DNA of 64,000 bases from positions 31,744,001 through 31,808,000 of the forward strand of contig OX597831.1 in the NCBI GenBank assembly GCA_951406725.2. Direction: 5' to 3'. A model generated the notes under the pieces. The model had not been told where the DNA came from. It searched no databases and saw only the letters and a list, made by a program, of their open reading frames with translations. Below, piece by piece: positions 24,040-38,298 of the stretch. Made by a program: the position numbers and the translations under genes. The stretch is from Octopus vulgaris (lineage: Eukaryota). Positions within the stretch are counted from its first letter, which is position 1. Each line of letters starts with the position of its first letter.

Positions 24040-24783
24040 ACACTAAAAACATCCGCAGAGACACAAACGCTTAAAAGCCACAAACATACTAAGAGAAACG
24101 AATGAAGACGAAATAGCCAAAAAAAAATGGAAGATGAAAGATAAAGAGAAACAGAGAGGGAGAGAGACAGGGAGAGGGAAGATGGAGAGAAGGGGAGGGA
24201 GACGGAGATGGGGAGAGACAGAGAGAGGAGGGGCAAAGAGGGAAGGAGAAGAGAAGTGGGGTGGATGGATAAATCGAAGGTGTATGAAGTGGAGAAGGCA
24301 CGAGTGCCATATTGCTTTACCATTGATCATCTCTGCACATCATACACGCTGTCGCCGCCCAGTCAGTCCTATTTATACACACTTTCGGAGTGTTTATATT
24401 CAGCTTAAAAACCTTCCAAGATGTTGTCAAAACATTCATTATCGACAAGACTCAGAATTAAAGCAATACAACTGGATTGCTTTACCTACAGAGTTACACA
24501 CCCTACCCCCACACATGCACACGCACCACACACGTGCACACGCGCGCGCGCACACACACATACACACGCGCGCGCGCACACACCACACGCATACACACCA
24601 CACATACCACACACAGATACACACACAGACACACACACAGACACATGCGCACGCGCCCCATATTAGGGGGTTTAATGTCTGTATTTGTGTGTATGTGTTT
24701 TTACATGCATGTGTGTCTATGTATATGCATGTATGTGCGTATAAGCATGTATATGCATGTATGTGCGTATAAGCATATACATG

Positions 24784-25007
24784 CGGCGAGCTGGCAGAAA
24801 CGTTAGCAGGCCGGGCGAAATGCTTTGCGGTATTTCGTCTGCCGCTACGCTCTGGGTTCAAATTCCGCCGAGGTCCACTTTGCCTTTCATTCTTTCGGGG
24901 TCGATTAAATAAGTACCAGTTACCCACTGGGGTCGATGTAATCGACTTACTCCGTTTGTCTGTCCTTGCTTGTCCCTTCTGTGTGTAGCCCCTTGTGGGT
25001 AGTAAAG

Positions 25008-25010
<3 letters not shown>
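24784..25010 (+). mobile_element. SINE family A monomer
   Basis: gcggcgagctggcagaaacgttagc...gttcaaattccgccgagg...ccccttgtgggtagtaaagaaa, running into (TA)n. Confidence 0.9.
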
Positions 25011-25060
<50 letters not shown>

Positions 25061-25113
25061 GTATATTTATATAAATATATATATAAATGTGTGTGTGCGT
25101 GTGTGTATGTATA

Positions 25114-25157
<44 letters not shown>

Positions 25158-25238
25158 ACATACACACACGCACACACACATTTAAAGCTCTTAGATCCCC
25201 TGAGATAGTGAATGTCTGTGTATGTGTGTGTATGTATG

Positions 25239-25305
<67 letters not shown>

Positions 25306-25627
25306 CTGAACACCCACAAGCAAGTTTATGTACGCCATCATTATATATACATATATGCATACATACAAGAGTATATATATATATATATATATATGCGCGG
25401 CGCGTGTGTATTAACAGTTTGACTGCCCTGCCTATCCATACCTTCCACTCCTTACAAATGTATATTCCACTATATAAACACGAGGGAACCCAACTCAAAA
25501 CAAAGATTTTTTTTAAAAAATACATCCAGGGAAAAGGAAAAACTTCATCACGTCGTCACTCTGAGTATCATGACGAGCACGTTCCTCAGGCGCCGAGATT
25601 TCTCTCCCCTTCCCCTCCCTCTCTTTC

Positions 25628-25670
<43 letters not shown>

Positions 25671-25957
25671 AGGGGGAAGGAGCTGCGACAGCCACCTTGT
25701 TAGTTTAAGAATAAAAACCCACGACGTATACCATAGAAGAATTTGGCGTTGTGACAAGAATGAGTTGGAATTGGCGGAGGTGAGTGATGGCAAGGTCGGG
25801 GACGGGGGGCGGGGGAGAGGTGCGACTTCTCCATTGCTAAATGTTAAATAAAGAGAGATATATATTGACAGCTTGGTATGGACACCTTAGCTGGGAGGTG
25901 TGAAAATAACCACTATAACATGGCCGACATGCTACTGATATTATACACACACTCACG

Positions 25958-26014
<57 letters not shown>

Positions 26015-26059
26015 TTATGTATGCATGTATGTATGTACGTATGTGTGTATGTATATACT

Positions 26060-26803
26060 CTTACTCTTTTACTCTTTTACTTGTTTCAGTCATTTGACTG
26101 CGGCCATGCTGGAGCACCACCTTTTAGTACTTATTCTAGCGGTCTTTTTGCCGAACCGCTAAGTGACGGGGACCTAAACACACCAGCATCGGTTGTCAAG
26201 CAATGCTAGGGGGACAAACACAGACACACAAACACACGCATACATATATATATACATATATACGACAGGCTTCTTTCAGTTTCTCTACCAAATCCACTCA
26301 CAAGGCATTGGTCGGCCCGGGGCTATAGCAGAAGACACTTGCCCAAGATGCCACGCAGTGGGACTGAACCCGGAACCGTGTGGTTGGTTAGCAAGCTACT
26401 TACCACACAGCCACATAGACATTTGTGTGTGCGTTTGTGTCTGTTTGTCCCCCAACATCGCTTGACAACTGATGTTCGTGTGCTTACGTCCCCGTAGCTT
26501 AGTGGTGCGGCAAAAGACACCGATAGAATAAGTACTAGATTTACAAAGAATAAGTCCTAGGGTCGATTTGTTTGACTAAAGGCGGTGCTCCAGCATGGCC
26601 GCAGTCAAATAACTGAAAAAATAAAAGAATAAAGAATATATATACGATGGGCTTCTTTCAGTTTCTGTCTACAAAATCAACTCACATGGCTTTAGTCAGC
26701 CCAAGTCTATAGTAGAAGACACTTGCCCAAGGTGCCACGCAGTGGGACTGAACCCGGAACCATGTAGTTAGGAATCAAGTTTCTTACCACACAGCCACGC
26801 CTG
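26060..26803. mobile_element. Cluster of SINE family B pieces in alternating orientation (- / + / -)
   Basis: 26060-26413 minus copy, 26420-26635 plus 3' half, 26640-26803 minus 5' half; all match 51629-52018. Confidence 0.8.
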
Positions 26804-26825
26804 AAAAGCACAACTACTTATATAT

Positions 26826-26903
<78 letters not shown>

Positions 26904-27214
26904 TGGCTGTGTGATAAGAAATATGTGACACATAACATTACGTAACCCGGCCCAACTCTCTTTAATACCATACCAAAATACGTCAAAACGGAAACGGATC
27001 CCATAAAATTCAAACGTTCATTGGTCAAATTACTTTAAAAAGTCCTGGACCAACCTTCACACCCGGATATATCTGCAACAATAATAACCCTTAGCTAAAG
27101 TGGGCCACGGTGCCCCATACATGACTAAAAGACTTCACCAGGCGGTGCTATTAAGTTAGACATGGTCTGGGCCTATACTGACTGAAACCTATCAAAGGTT
27201 CATATGCATATAGT

Positions 27215-27415
27215 CAATTCAAACATGAACAAACAAGAAAAAACAACAACAACGCGAGGACGTGGAATAAGTACAGTGTCATTGGAGGCTCAGTAAAGGA
27301 AAGAAAAGAATGAGGATTTCACTTTTCGAGCGGAGCTCTTCATCAGAAATATAGAAAAAGCCCAAAGAAGGGAAGATGGAGAAAGAAAATCGCCAACGAT
27401 ACACACGCGGTCACA
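27215..27415 (-). mobile_element. PLE pseudo-LTR-like short repeat with hammerhead-like motif
   Basis: Minus strand atttCTGATGAaGAGC-tcc-GCTC-GAAAagtgaaat at 27323-27346; related to 51405-51590 and 56310-56495. Confidence 0.6.
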
Positions 27416-27426
27416 TATATACATGC

Positions 27427-27497
<71 letters not shown>

Positions 27498-27535
27498 ATA
27501 TATATATATATATATATTGTGTGTGTGTGTGTGTG

Positions 27536-27618
<83 letters not shown>

Positions 27619-29386
27619 ATAAATTGGACATGGGCGAGCGTTGCATTCGTTCTTGTCTTGAGGTTCACAGCGAAACGGTGGGTGCATTCGCGTGAAAATG
27701 GCACACATGTGGAGACGGGTGGATAGATTGGAATGCGCTTTGTATTTTTTTCCTAGCCCCCTATAATTATCGAGAAAATCGATAAAAACTTTTTCTAATG
27801 CATTTCCCATCTTTGTTCTTCCATTTAAAACAACCAGTTGCTCACACAGCCGGTATCTACCATTTCGCTAGCAACAAGGGGACTACAGGATGACAGTCAG
27901 CCAAAACTTTCGCTATGCTGTCTCTCTTCTTTCACCTCTTTGTGGGGTTAATTATCTTCATCTTTAGTTACATTTTCTCATTCAAACTACAAAATACGCA
28001 GAATTGTCGGATTAATACAGTAGGGTATTTGGAGGGAGATTTGGCTGCTATTTCTACTAGGTCTACGTACCATGTAGAGGTCTGAACTTAATTTTCATTC
28101 ACATATTTGCATTTCAAAAATTTAACATAATCTTTTCCATAAATCAGCTATCGTAAAAATTTTCTACCATGACCTCACATTTTCTATGTATGTGTGTGTA
28201 CCTTAAAAGATATGATTAGACAGAGGTCCAATAGAATAATTCTCAGAAACAGACTACGTAAAAATTCTTTCTTCACGACTCCTGAAGCTGAGTTCTAACA
28301 AGGGGGATGGGGGCGGTCAGGAATTTTTCATACAGCTGGAAGCTCCAATCTTTTCTTAAATTGGATACGTTTGCTATTAAGTTGCAGGACTTTGGCAGTA
28401 CAGTTAAAAATCATTTATGCTGTACTTCTTACATACAATTTTCCCATAAATTCTTACTGCTTCATTTTTTTGCTGATGATTGAAATGTCAAACACTTTCT
28501 AACTGTTAAAGCAATTCTTTACGTCAACATTTTAATGCCCCTTCTATTAAAATCATCACACCTTATGCCTAACTGAAAACCATAGACGATCTCTTATCAT
28601 TTAGCTTCATGCTTATTCACTATTGTCACTTCTAGTAAATTTACCGATATTGTCCTTCAAAGCTGCATGCTGTTTTTGAAACATTTCATTTTTCTTCTTA
28701 TTATTTATCGTTAAACATTTCCACCTATAATAACAGATAAAGATTAATACTTCGTTCAAAAACCTTGAACCCGTTCAGACACGGGTTCAAGTTGCAAAAA
28801 ACTATACTTTCGTTAAACTTAGTATTTGCTTCTTTAAAAAATCTCATGACGTTTGGATCGGTAAAAAACCATCTTTGCAGATAATGCCTAACCGAAAACG
28901 ATTAATGCTCTGTTCCAAAAGGAATGCCCTCCTAAAACAGCGAAAAAAGGGACGTTTTTCAACATACATATTTCGATTTTGCTTCCACACATTCTCGTGT
29001 ATCCCATTTCATTACTGCACGTTCATATGTCCTCTACTATTCCTTTCAGGAAACACCAGAAGCAAGAGAGGCCCGCCTTGCTGCCCAGCGTAGTCGTGAT
29101 CAACGCTCACTACTTGATGAGCCGGTTGAAGCGTACAAATTCTGTCTTCACAACTCCTGAAACCGTTTTCTGACGGTGGGGCGGGGTGATTTTCATACAG
29201 ATGGAGGCTCCAATCGAAACAGGGAACCCGAAATGAAAAGGTTGAGAAACGCTGTTATAGATTATGCCTAACCGAAAACGATCACAGCCACATCATCCAA
29301 ACAGACCGGATGAAACCGGGCTTAGCTGCTAGTATATATATGTGTGTGTGTGTGTGTGTATGTGTGTATGTGTGTATGTATGTATG

Positions 29387-29456
<70 letters not shown>

Positions 29457-29605
29457 ATCTTTTCATTTATATATATGTATTTATTAATCAATATATGTAG
29501 CAAAAAATTCAAGAAAAATTCAAGAAAAATTTTATGCAACCAGCGGTCAAATGAGAAAATAGAAATAGTCACAGACTATATAATATATTCAACAATAGTA
29601 TTAAG

Positions 29606-29797
29606 AATGACTGACAGGTCGTTCAACTCACTTGAAAGGAGCAGCTAAACTCAAACCGCAAAAATAGTAGTAATTCTGAAACTAAGGGGATAAATGTTTT
29701 TATTTCTCCTTTAGTTTCAGAATTACTACTATTTTTGCTTGGTTGTATTTTAGCTGCCTTCGTCTTTTGTTTATTTTGTAAACCTGTCAGGTCATTC
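29606..29797. repeat. Extended imperfect foldback with a perfect 28-bp inner stem
   Basis: gcaaaaatagtagtaattctgaaactaa (29658-29685) / ttagtttcagaattactactatttttgc (29711-29738); outer arms gaatgactgacaggt / acctgtcaggtcattc. Confidence 0.8.
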
Positions 29798-29819
29798 GTC
29801 TTTTGCCTATTTTGTGTGT

Positions 29820-29910
<91 letters not shown>

Positions 29911-29913
<3 letters not shown>

Positions 29914-30328
29914 TGCAGGCGTGGCTGTGTGGTAAGAAGCCTGCTTCTCAACCACATAGACCCGGGTTCAAGTCCCACTGCATATCATCATAGGCAAGTG
30001 TCCTCTACTATAGCCTCGGGTCGACCAAAGCCTTGTGAGTGGATTTGGTAGACGGAAACTGAAAGAAGCCCGTCGTATATATACATACATGTGTGTGTGT
30101 GTATGTACATTTATGTGTGTGCGTCTTTCTGTCTGTGTTTGTCCCCGGTGGTGTCTTTATGTACTCAGTAACTTAGCAGTTTGGCCAAAAAGAAAAGAGG
30201 CCGATAGAATAAGTACTAGACATCCAAAGAATAAGTTCTGGGGCTGATTTCTTCAACTAAAATCCTTTAAGGCGGTGCTCCAGCATGGCCGCAGTCAAAT
30301 AACTGAAACGTGTATAAGAACAAAGGAA
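29911..30328 (+). mobile_element. SINE family B, diverged full-length copy
   Basis: Head gcaggcgtggctgtgtggtaag, internal microsatellite, tail ggcggtgctccagcatggccgcagtcaaa. Confidence 0.85.
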
Positions 30329-30699
30329 TATATTACATTATATTATATATATATTATACATACACACACACACATACATATACACACACATTATATATAT
30401 ATATATATATATACACAAAAATATATACGCGTGTATGTTCTATCATCTAATCTTATTACATCACCACTGCTATAACGGCCACTTATATTATATCCATAAA
30501 CGCACACATACACGTACCGATGCGCACGCTTAAACACATATTTATACACGCCACATACATATATACACACACGTACGCCAGACACACACACGCGCGCGCG
30601 CGCTCGTCACATTCATATACGCACAAATACATACTTATTCAATCACATGTAGACACATTTAGAAATATACTTTTAAAAAAATACACCCTCCCCCGTGCA

Positions 30700-30730
<31 letters not shown>

Positions 30731-32818
30731 AAGTCCTGTTGAGAGAAATGTTCCGTTATTTTTTTGCTTTTTTCTTGAAGAAAGATTAAAGTTGTTGCAG
30801 TTAGTGTTTCTGTCATCAATTTGGTGTAAAATCTCCAAGGAGGTCCTGTTATACAATTTGCCATAGGTACACTTCATGTATATTCACACATGTGTGAATG
30901 GATTGTCGAGAGAAGGGGGGAGGGAGAGAGAGAGAGGGAGATGGGAGGAGGAGGAGGAGGAGTGTATGGAAGATGATAGTGCGCGTGTCACCCGCGTTGC
31001 GAAAGATTTGCGTTCCCCGAAATCTTATCGTGATGTGGAATGCCGTAATGGGAAATGTATTTTTTCTTGTTCGCTTCCATATTTCTTGAAAACTAATGGA
31101 AATATGTTTCACGTTACAGAAGTCAGTGTTACAACAATACTTTTTTAAGAATGCAAGGCTTCCATAACGCATACGAAACCTGTTTGTCTCCTCTATGTTT
31201 AGCCCCTTGTGGGTAATAAAAAAATATATATAACAAAAATATAGCCAAACGACAGGTATTTTAAGAGAAAAGCTGGCTCGGATTACCAGCTGAATGATCG
31301 GAAACGTGTAACCCGGAGGACGAGAAATGAAGAACCTTTCATTTATGATGTAGTAAAGACTACCCTGCTCTTACGTACTGAGCTCTGTAATTTATCGCTG
31401 ATGGTGAACGAACAGGTTATGTTTTTATTTATTACTTAAACTCACCTCTTCTACGTCATAACCATTACTCAACTTGTACCGAAAATGATTCGTCAACAAA
31501 TTTGTCTTATAAACTAAGTGTATTATTCTCCAATGGAAAACTCGTTAAGCTGCCGTGGACACTATAGAATCTAACGTTTCGGGTTTTGCTGTTCGTCTGG
31601 GAGTCAATAGAAGAGGGCAAAAGTGACGTTGTCGTTTAAGCCAATAAGACAAATTGTCCAGAATATTCGCGTCGTAAATGACGAAGAAGAAGCAGAGATG
31701 AATAAGAAATATATTTTATTCTGAAGGCGATCTAAACGGAATGTCGGATGTGCAGCAGATATAAAACGTATCTGCCGGCGTATAAGACGCACCCCCGATT
31801 TACTAATGTACAAGGATACTTTACAGGAAAAAAAGGGAACTGTTTTATTAATGAAAATATATTAAACGTTTGATGAAATATTCTAAAATTGTTTTGTGTG
31901 CGTATGTGTAGCCTTTGCTTGTTTTTGTCATTGAACTGCGGCCATGCTGGGGCATCGCACTGAAAGGTTTTAGTCAAACAAATCGACCCCAGCATTTAGG
32001 GTTTTTACTAAGTCTGATACTTAGTTACACTGACGGGAACGTAAACAAACCAACACCAGTTGTTCGGCAGACACACACACACACACGACAAGTTTCCACA
32101 CACTTTCCGTCCATCAAATTCACTCATAAAGTATTGGTCGAACCGGGGCTACAATATAAGGCACTTAACCAGGGTGCCACGTGGTGAGACTGAACCTGAA
32201 ACCAAGAGGTTGCAAAGTGGCCCGTCTTCTGCGGTGCACGTGTTTATACATCGGCTAACATCCTAATTTTCTGTGTTAATGTTTTATGGCCTTGACCTGG
32301 GACCCTCGTAAATAAACAGTGAGTCTGGAATGACTTCAGAATACCACCTGACATGATATTTCAAAGAATTTCTAGAAATACTTGGGAACTTCTAATCTCG
32401 TAATTAGAGGGAATATACAGTTTGATTAGCCTATCTAATTCTGTAATCGGGTGGTATGTTAGGTGCTCATAGGGAGCGATAATAGGTCCCAAGTGACATT
32501 TTCGTTTTCTGTGTTAATGCTGGCAGGAAACAGAAATTGAAACTTTCTGAAAGCTGCTGGAGAATTTTCGTCTGATTATGTCTTATTGCCTTGTCTAAAT
32601 ACACAAAACTGGAATTCCCCAGGGATTCGCCAATAAGCGCGCATGCATACATATACATGCATAAAACCAAAAATAAAACTTCCAATTAAATGCAACCACA
32701 AAGTAGAGAGATAATTATTTATGTTACACAAACAGTAAAACCGAGGACTTTATAATGAATGCTGCATAACGCCTTCATTAACTGCCAATGCTTGTCGGTT
32801 CTTTGAGTGTTAATAATG

Positions 32819-33036
32819 TAGGGGGTTCTGAAAAGTTCCTGGCTTTGGGTAAAAGAAAAAAAACAGGAGGATCAGTTAATTATAATTTTATTTAACGTAT
32901 TCCCCTTTCAGATTCACACTTATTGCCGCGGTCCTTTAGTTTTTCTAGGCCCTGTAAAAGAACTTAGAAAGTTGGGCCTCCAACCGAGCCTTTCGTGACA
33001 CCCTTAAAGCCAAGAATTTTTTAGCAACTCCTAGTA
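32819..33036 (-). mobile_element. Mariner-derived MITE
   Basis: TIR ggggg(t/g)(t/g)ctgaaaagttcctggcttt; reverse-orientation relative of 36167-36388. Confidence 0.75.
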
Positions 33037-33097
33037 GAAGCTTCACCATCTTAACATCATCCAAGTTGTCAATTCCTGAACTGCTGTTACATAAATC

Positions 33098-33691
33098 TAG
33101 CGGTTCTCAATCTGGGTCCACATGACCCCAGGGGTGGGGTCAATATAACATTTGGGAGAGGGGGTCTACGCAAGCAAAATAAATTGGGAATCCACTGTAA
33201 TATTTTAAGTGTCCATGAAAAACATCATGGTTTTGGTATATTTATTGTAAGTGCTAGATTTGTTTCTCTAACGCAGCGGCTCCCAACGTTTTTGCACTCG
33301 CGACCCCTTACCCAAAAGCATGAAACCCACGTGACCCCCTACCATCGGCAGAGCATAAAAAAATGTAATTGATGGGTTGAAATGAATAGTATCCCAAGCC
33401 ACTTCTAGCAAAGCTACGCAACCCCCATGCTAAGGCTTCGCGACTCCCCAGAGGGTCGGGAACCACCGGTTAGGAACCCCTGCTCTAATGCTTTACAGAA
33501 TTCAGCATGTTTTCGTTCCCTGAAGCATGTTCTGTCGGTGAATGCAATTTCAAAACGACACAAGTGACAAGCAAAATGGGAAAGAAGTGTCTATAAAACT
33601 AGCTTTTAAGCATCGTGAGGTTATAGGATCCACCAGAGTGAAAGAGTAATCAAAGGCGTCGATAATTTTAAAAAATGGTTGAGAACCCTTG
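33098..33691. mobile_element. hAT-type MITE with 8-bp TSD, containing a nested hAT MITE
   Basis: Ends tagcggttctcaa / ttgagaacccttg; TSD cataaatc / cattaatc. Confidence 0.75.
33274..33482. mobile_element. Nested hAT-type MITE with 8-bp TSD
   Basis: Ends cagcggctcccaac / gttaggaacccctg; TSD ctctaacg (33266-33273) / ctctaatg (33483-33490). Confidence 0.75.
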
Positions 33692-34411
33692 CATTAATCG
33701 AACAAAAGTAATCCTCCCAAAATATCTATATACACACGAGAGAGGGAGCCACTGGTTCATATTTTAGTACTTTTTTTTAAAGGATTGGTCAAAGGAAAAA
33801 GACCAGCATCCGTGGCTCTTTTCAGGGTCTCCTGCGACGACTTAGCATCCCGTTCAGAGGGAATGTTGAGATCTCGGTCAATTGTAAGCCTTGGAGATAT
33901 CAAAGAGTGTTGTTGTTGTTGTTGTTGCTGCTGTTGTTGTTGATGATGATGACGGCGACAACGACGACGACAATGACATAAGTGAGAGGGAGAGGGAAAT
34001 TATTTTCCTCGCTTGAATGGCTTCGAGTCTCCTAATATATTTGTACCCTATTAGGACACACGCTTTCAGTTTTCAAAAATACCCATTAAAAATGTTTATT
34101 TTAACATGGCGTCATTTATTTTCATTAATAAAGAGCATGGAGAGAAAGAGAGACGAAAGAAACAAATCATTAGAAAGGCGGAGTACATCCTCTTCAGTAA
34201 TAAGAGAGAGGAGGGAAACCGTGTAACTTATCACTCTCGTTCCAACAGTCTGTGTCGCGGACGTTGCTGCCCCGCCCCACCCCCAATTCATCATCATCAT
34301 CATCATCATCATCTTCATTATCGCTAGCAACGCCAGAAGAGTTGAAGAAGTATGGCGAAAGTAACTCGGTGGGAAAAATGGAGGTAGAATCCCAACGTCT
34401 TCGGCAGACGA

Positions 34412-34470
<59 letters not shown>

Positions 34471-36166
34471 GCAAGAGGCTCAAAGGTAGAAATGTTGAGA
34501 CGCTAACTCTTGAAGGGTTTCCTGCCGTGTGGCATGGGAGAACAATGTGCGTCTCCTATCACACAAAAAATAGCAATAGAAACAACTGCAATAATAGGGG
34601 CTGCATCACCCCAACCAGCTTCAGCGGCAACGGCCAAACTACAGCAGGAACATTGTGAGGGAACAGGTGCGGCAGTTACTCTCCATCACCGACTGAACTG
34701 ATATCGGACGAGCGCCCTCTCTCACAAAATAATAATAAAAAAATAAGTAACACAAAAAAAAAAGATGCAAACAATACAGACACATATGTATAGATATGTC
34801 GCTTCTCTTTTCGATCTCCGACTTCTCTATCAGGAATCTTCGTCAAACGATGTGGAAGATGGCGAAAAGCTATAGGTGAGGCGAAGAAGAAGAGGGAGAA
34901 AACTAGCGATAATCGGACAACACTGAAGACAGGAAGGTTTAACAAAACATCGAAGAAACAACTAAATGGCCACCCACCACCATAAAATCAATAATAACAA
35001 CAATAGCTAAACCTGTCACCACAAAAACAAGCCATCAACAGGAAAAACCCACAAATATAGTTGTTACTATACAGAGCCACAGCGAAGGCAAGTAAAACAA
35101 CAACCCCAACGTAAACAGTTAAACCCGCAACTACACCAACAGCGAAAGGAAAGAACAGCAAAACACAATAACGAAACCAAAAGCAATTAAATAAAAGAAC
35201 GCAAATGTCTAACTTGTCCTCTTGAATTTCATTGCTTGTACGGAAGATAAAAAATTAGCAGTTAGATGATGGAGTACATAACATAACCTGACAAAACATA
35301 TGAAGGGAGGGCTTCGAGGAGTACAATCTAAAACACTAGTAAACAGGGTCTGGTAGAAAGATTACCAGAAGTCTTCAAAGCACAAAGAAAAATTCTCACA
35401 TGGCGTGGGAATTTACCGAAAAACGGTAACAACTATTGGAGACACTAATCAAAGATGTTCCCCGATTGCCATGAAGTGCATGACCTGTTCTTCGAGGCCA
35501 AGGTAAGTGACTTTGTACACTTTTCTCCGCCCAACATGGCCGTGCTAAGAGTTGGTTCTATAAATTCATGTGGCTTGAATTTGATTAGCGACCGCGTATC
35601 ATTCAATCTGAATGTATTGATCATCAGCAAAGCCATCATTTCCCCGAACTCTCACATTCGTGCTCCTTTCTGGCGTTAGGGTTAGGATTATAAGGTGTAC
35701 ATACCTATCAGTTGTTCTAGATCAAACGGAGTAACAGAGTTATTTCGAAAGGTTATAAATGGTAAATCTGTGGTTCTGGAGGTGAACAGTTGTGAAAGTG
35801 GTGCCTTCAGGACAATGGTTATTTACGCCTCAACTTGAACAAGAAAATCGGATTTCTCCAGGTTAGTAGGAGACTGAAATGATATCATAGACGCACGCTG
35901 GGGTTGTGTGTATCTCAGATGAGGCCGACGTGCAAAAACTTCAAACTTGATCAGACACCTGCAAATGTCTGACAGATACCGACAAGATTTTCTGATATAC
36001 AAACGTGGACTTGGATAAACCTCACTGGATTGTCCATTCCGAATATAGATAGAAAGATTCTTAAGCTAGCAGATTGGGATAGTGAAAGGTGTTTACAGTT
36101 TCAGTTGGTCAGCTACACAGACCACAAGTTAGTGATTTACCAGCGTCGACCTAGATAGAACGCATA

Positions 36167-36388
36167 TACAAGGGGGTGCTGAAAAGTTCCTGGCTTTAAG
36201 GGGGTCACGAAAGGTCTGATTGGGAGCTCAATCATTCGAGTTCTTTTACAGGGCTTAGAAAAACTGAAGGATCGCTGCAATAAGTGTGTGTATCTGAGAG
36301 GGGAATATGTTGGATAAAATCATAATTAACCGATCCTCCTGTATTTTCTTTTACCAAAAACCAGGGACTTTTCATTACCCCCCTCGAA
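36167..36388 (+). mobile_element. Mariner-derived MITE retaining the transposase C-terminus
   Basis: TIRs as at 32819. The interior encodes FFLQGLEKLKDRCNKCVYLRGEYVG*, matching the mariner C-terminal pattern FFxxGIxKLxxRWxKCVxxxGDYVE. Confidence 0.8.
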
Positions 36389-36816
36389 TAGAGAGGCCCA
36401 GTAACTCTAGCTTTCAAAGAAATTATATAACCAAAATCTCAGGACTCAAATATATCATCGACTTACAGAAAACAGAGCAACGAGGGTACAGGATAAAGAT
36501 TACATAAAGTACAATGGAAATCACCAAAATTAAACACTATATATACCGAAGGCCCAAAGAGCCGCATGCAGCTGTGCTGCAAAATGGACGGCTGTGTATT
36601 TAATTTACGCTTGCAGTTTCTGGCTAATAGTCATAGATATATTTTGTTGTACATTGCAAGTAATTTGTTAATTGAACTAGCTGTCAAGAATCAAGAATGC
36701 ATTATTTATGCAAATCCGGTTATATGATTTAATGAAGCTATGAATAATACTGTGTGTTTGTATGTATGTATGTGTATCTATCTATCTCTCTCTATATATA
36801 TACATGGTAATAATTG

Positions 36817-37099
36817 CAATAATCTTTGGATGGAATTTATAAATATTTTAATACATTGCTACGCGCGTTTCCACAAATCACATGTCTCTTAAGATCATAG
36901 TCCGTATTCCTGGGATGATTACAGTGTAGTCCGTGGTATCCGTAGGCATTAATGCTACGTCGCCTAAAGAAATGAATACATGAAGAGGATCTACCCGATG
37001 CCCGCGGAATACGGACTGTGACCTTAAGAGACATGTGACTAATGGAAACGCGTGTAGCGATGCATGAAAATATTTATAAATTTCATCCAATAGTTATTG
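36817..37099. mobile_element. MITE with ~90-bp terminal inverted repeats
   Basis: ttggatggaatttataaatatttt...tagtccgtattcc pairs with ggaatacggactg...aaaatatttataaatttcatccaa. A related interrupted copy starts at 22604. Confidence 0.8.
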
Positions 37100-37719
37100 T
37101 TATTATTATTATCATTATATCTATCCTACATTATATCGGTACAGCTCGGTGCAACCCACCAAAACTGGTTCAACAGTCAACACCATTAGATTGTGGCCGG
37201 CATAATGAAATAGGAGCGTTATTTGCAGATTCAAAACGTTTCCGTAAATGAATTTAAAAGACACACACACACACACATCCTATATTGCATCCATTAACAA
37301 CACTCTGGCGTGCTGCTTCCTCTTTCTATCTTTTGGACTGTAATAATAATGGCCCCTGATCCTCAGAACAAACTGGTCTTGCACCTCTTCCACCCAAACA
37401 CTCCCGACCCATTCGCATTTCTCCCTTTTCTAATTCTTGTGTATTCAAATGTCTTCTACACATTTTCTGTCAACCAAATTAACTCACACAACATTGGTTG
37501 ACCCAGGGCTAGAGTAGAAGACAGTTGTTCAAAGTGCTGCGCAGTGGGACTGCATTTGAAACCATGTGATTACAAAGCGAACTTCTTGAACACACAGCCA
37601 TGCTTGTGCCTATAATTTAGGTTATAGCCTGTAGAATGGATCAAGCAGCTATTTAACCACAACAGCTACGGGGAGCGAGCGCACACACAGCATACACACT
37701 GATTAGCTATAATGTAAAC

Positions 37720-38086
37720 CAGTGATCTGAATCGGAGTCCATATGGCCCTTAAAGGTCCATATACTGTTTTGGGTGTCTATGCAACAGAATAGTAAATTG
37801 CGGATCCGCTATAGTATTTTAAGTGCCCCCTGAAAAAATTTTACTTTTGATGTATGTATTGGCATGTATTGCAAGAAACAGCTAGGATTCCTTCTCTAAC
37901 ATTTTACACAGTTCAACCTATACAAGTTGATGTGTGAAAAATGAAACAGGAATTTTGATAGAAATTTAAATAAAACTAGTTTTTGAATATCGAATGGCTA
38001 CGGGGGTCTACCAGAATAAAAACAGCAATGAAAAGGGTTCATACACAAAGGGGTTCATAGATTTAAAAAATGGTTGAGAACTCCTG
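37720..38086. mobile_element. hAT-type MITE (related to 33098-33691) with 8-bp TSD
   Basis: Right end aaaatggttgagaactcctg; TSD atgtaaac / atgcaaac. Confidence 0.75.
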
Positions 38087-38203
38087 ATGCAAACTCAAGA
38101 TTTTGAGTTGTACGTGTATGTGTGCTTGTATATATATATGTCTATATACAATATGTGCATACATAACTCATACACATCACTCTTACTCAAACACAAACAC
38201 ACA

Positions 38204-38298
<95 letters not shown>

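Noticed and set aside
25540-25850. Possible promoter or enhancer (CpG-richer, CRE-like cacgtcgtca, G-rich tract)
   Set aside because: No associated exon or transcript evidence; such short motifs are expected by chance.
28260-29332. Degenerate ~880-bp-spaced repeats ending in a Helitron-like ccggatgaaaccggg...ctag terminus
   Set aside because: Similarity is patchy and boundaries cannot be defined by eye.
23053-30475. Many YI/CV/HT-repeat ORFs (e.g. 24439-25368, 309 aa)
   Set aside because: Translations of (TA)n, (CA)n and (TACA)n microsatellites and SINEs.
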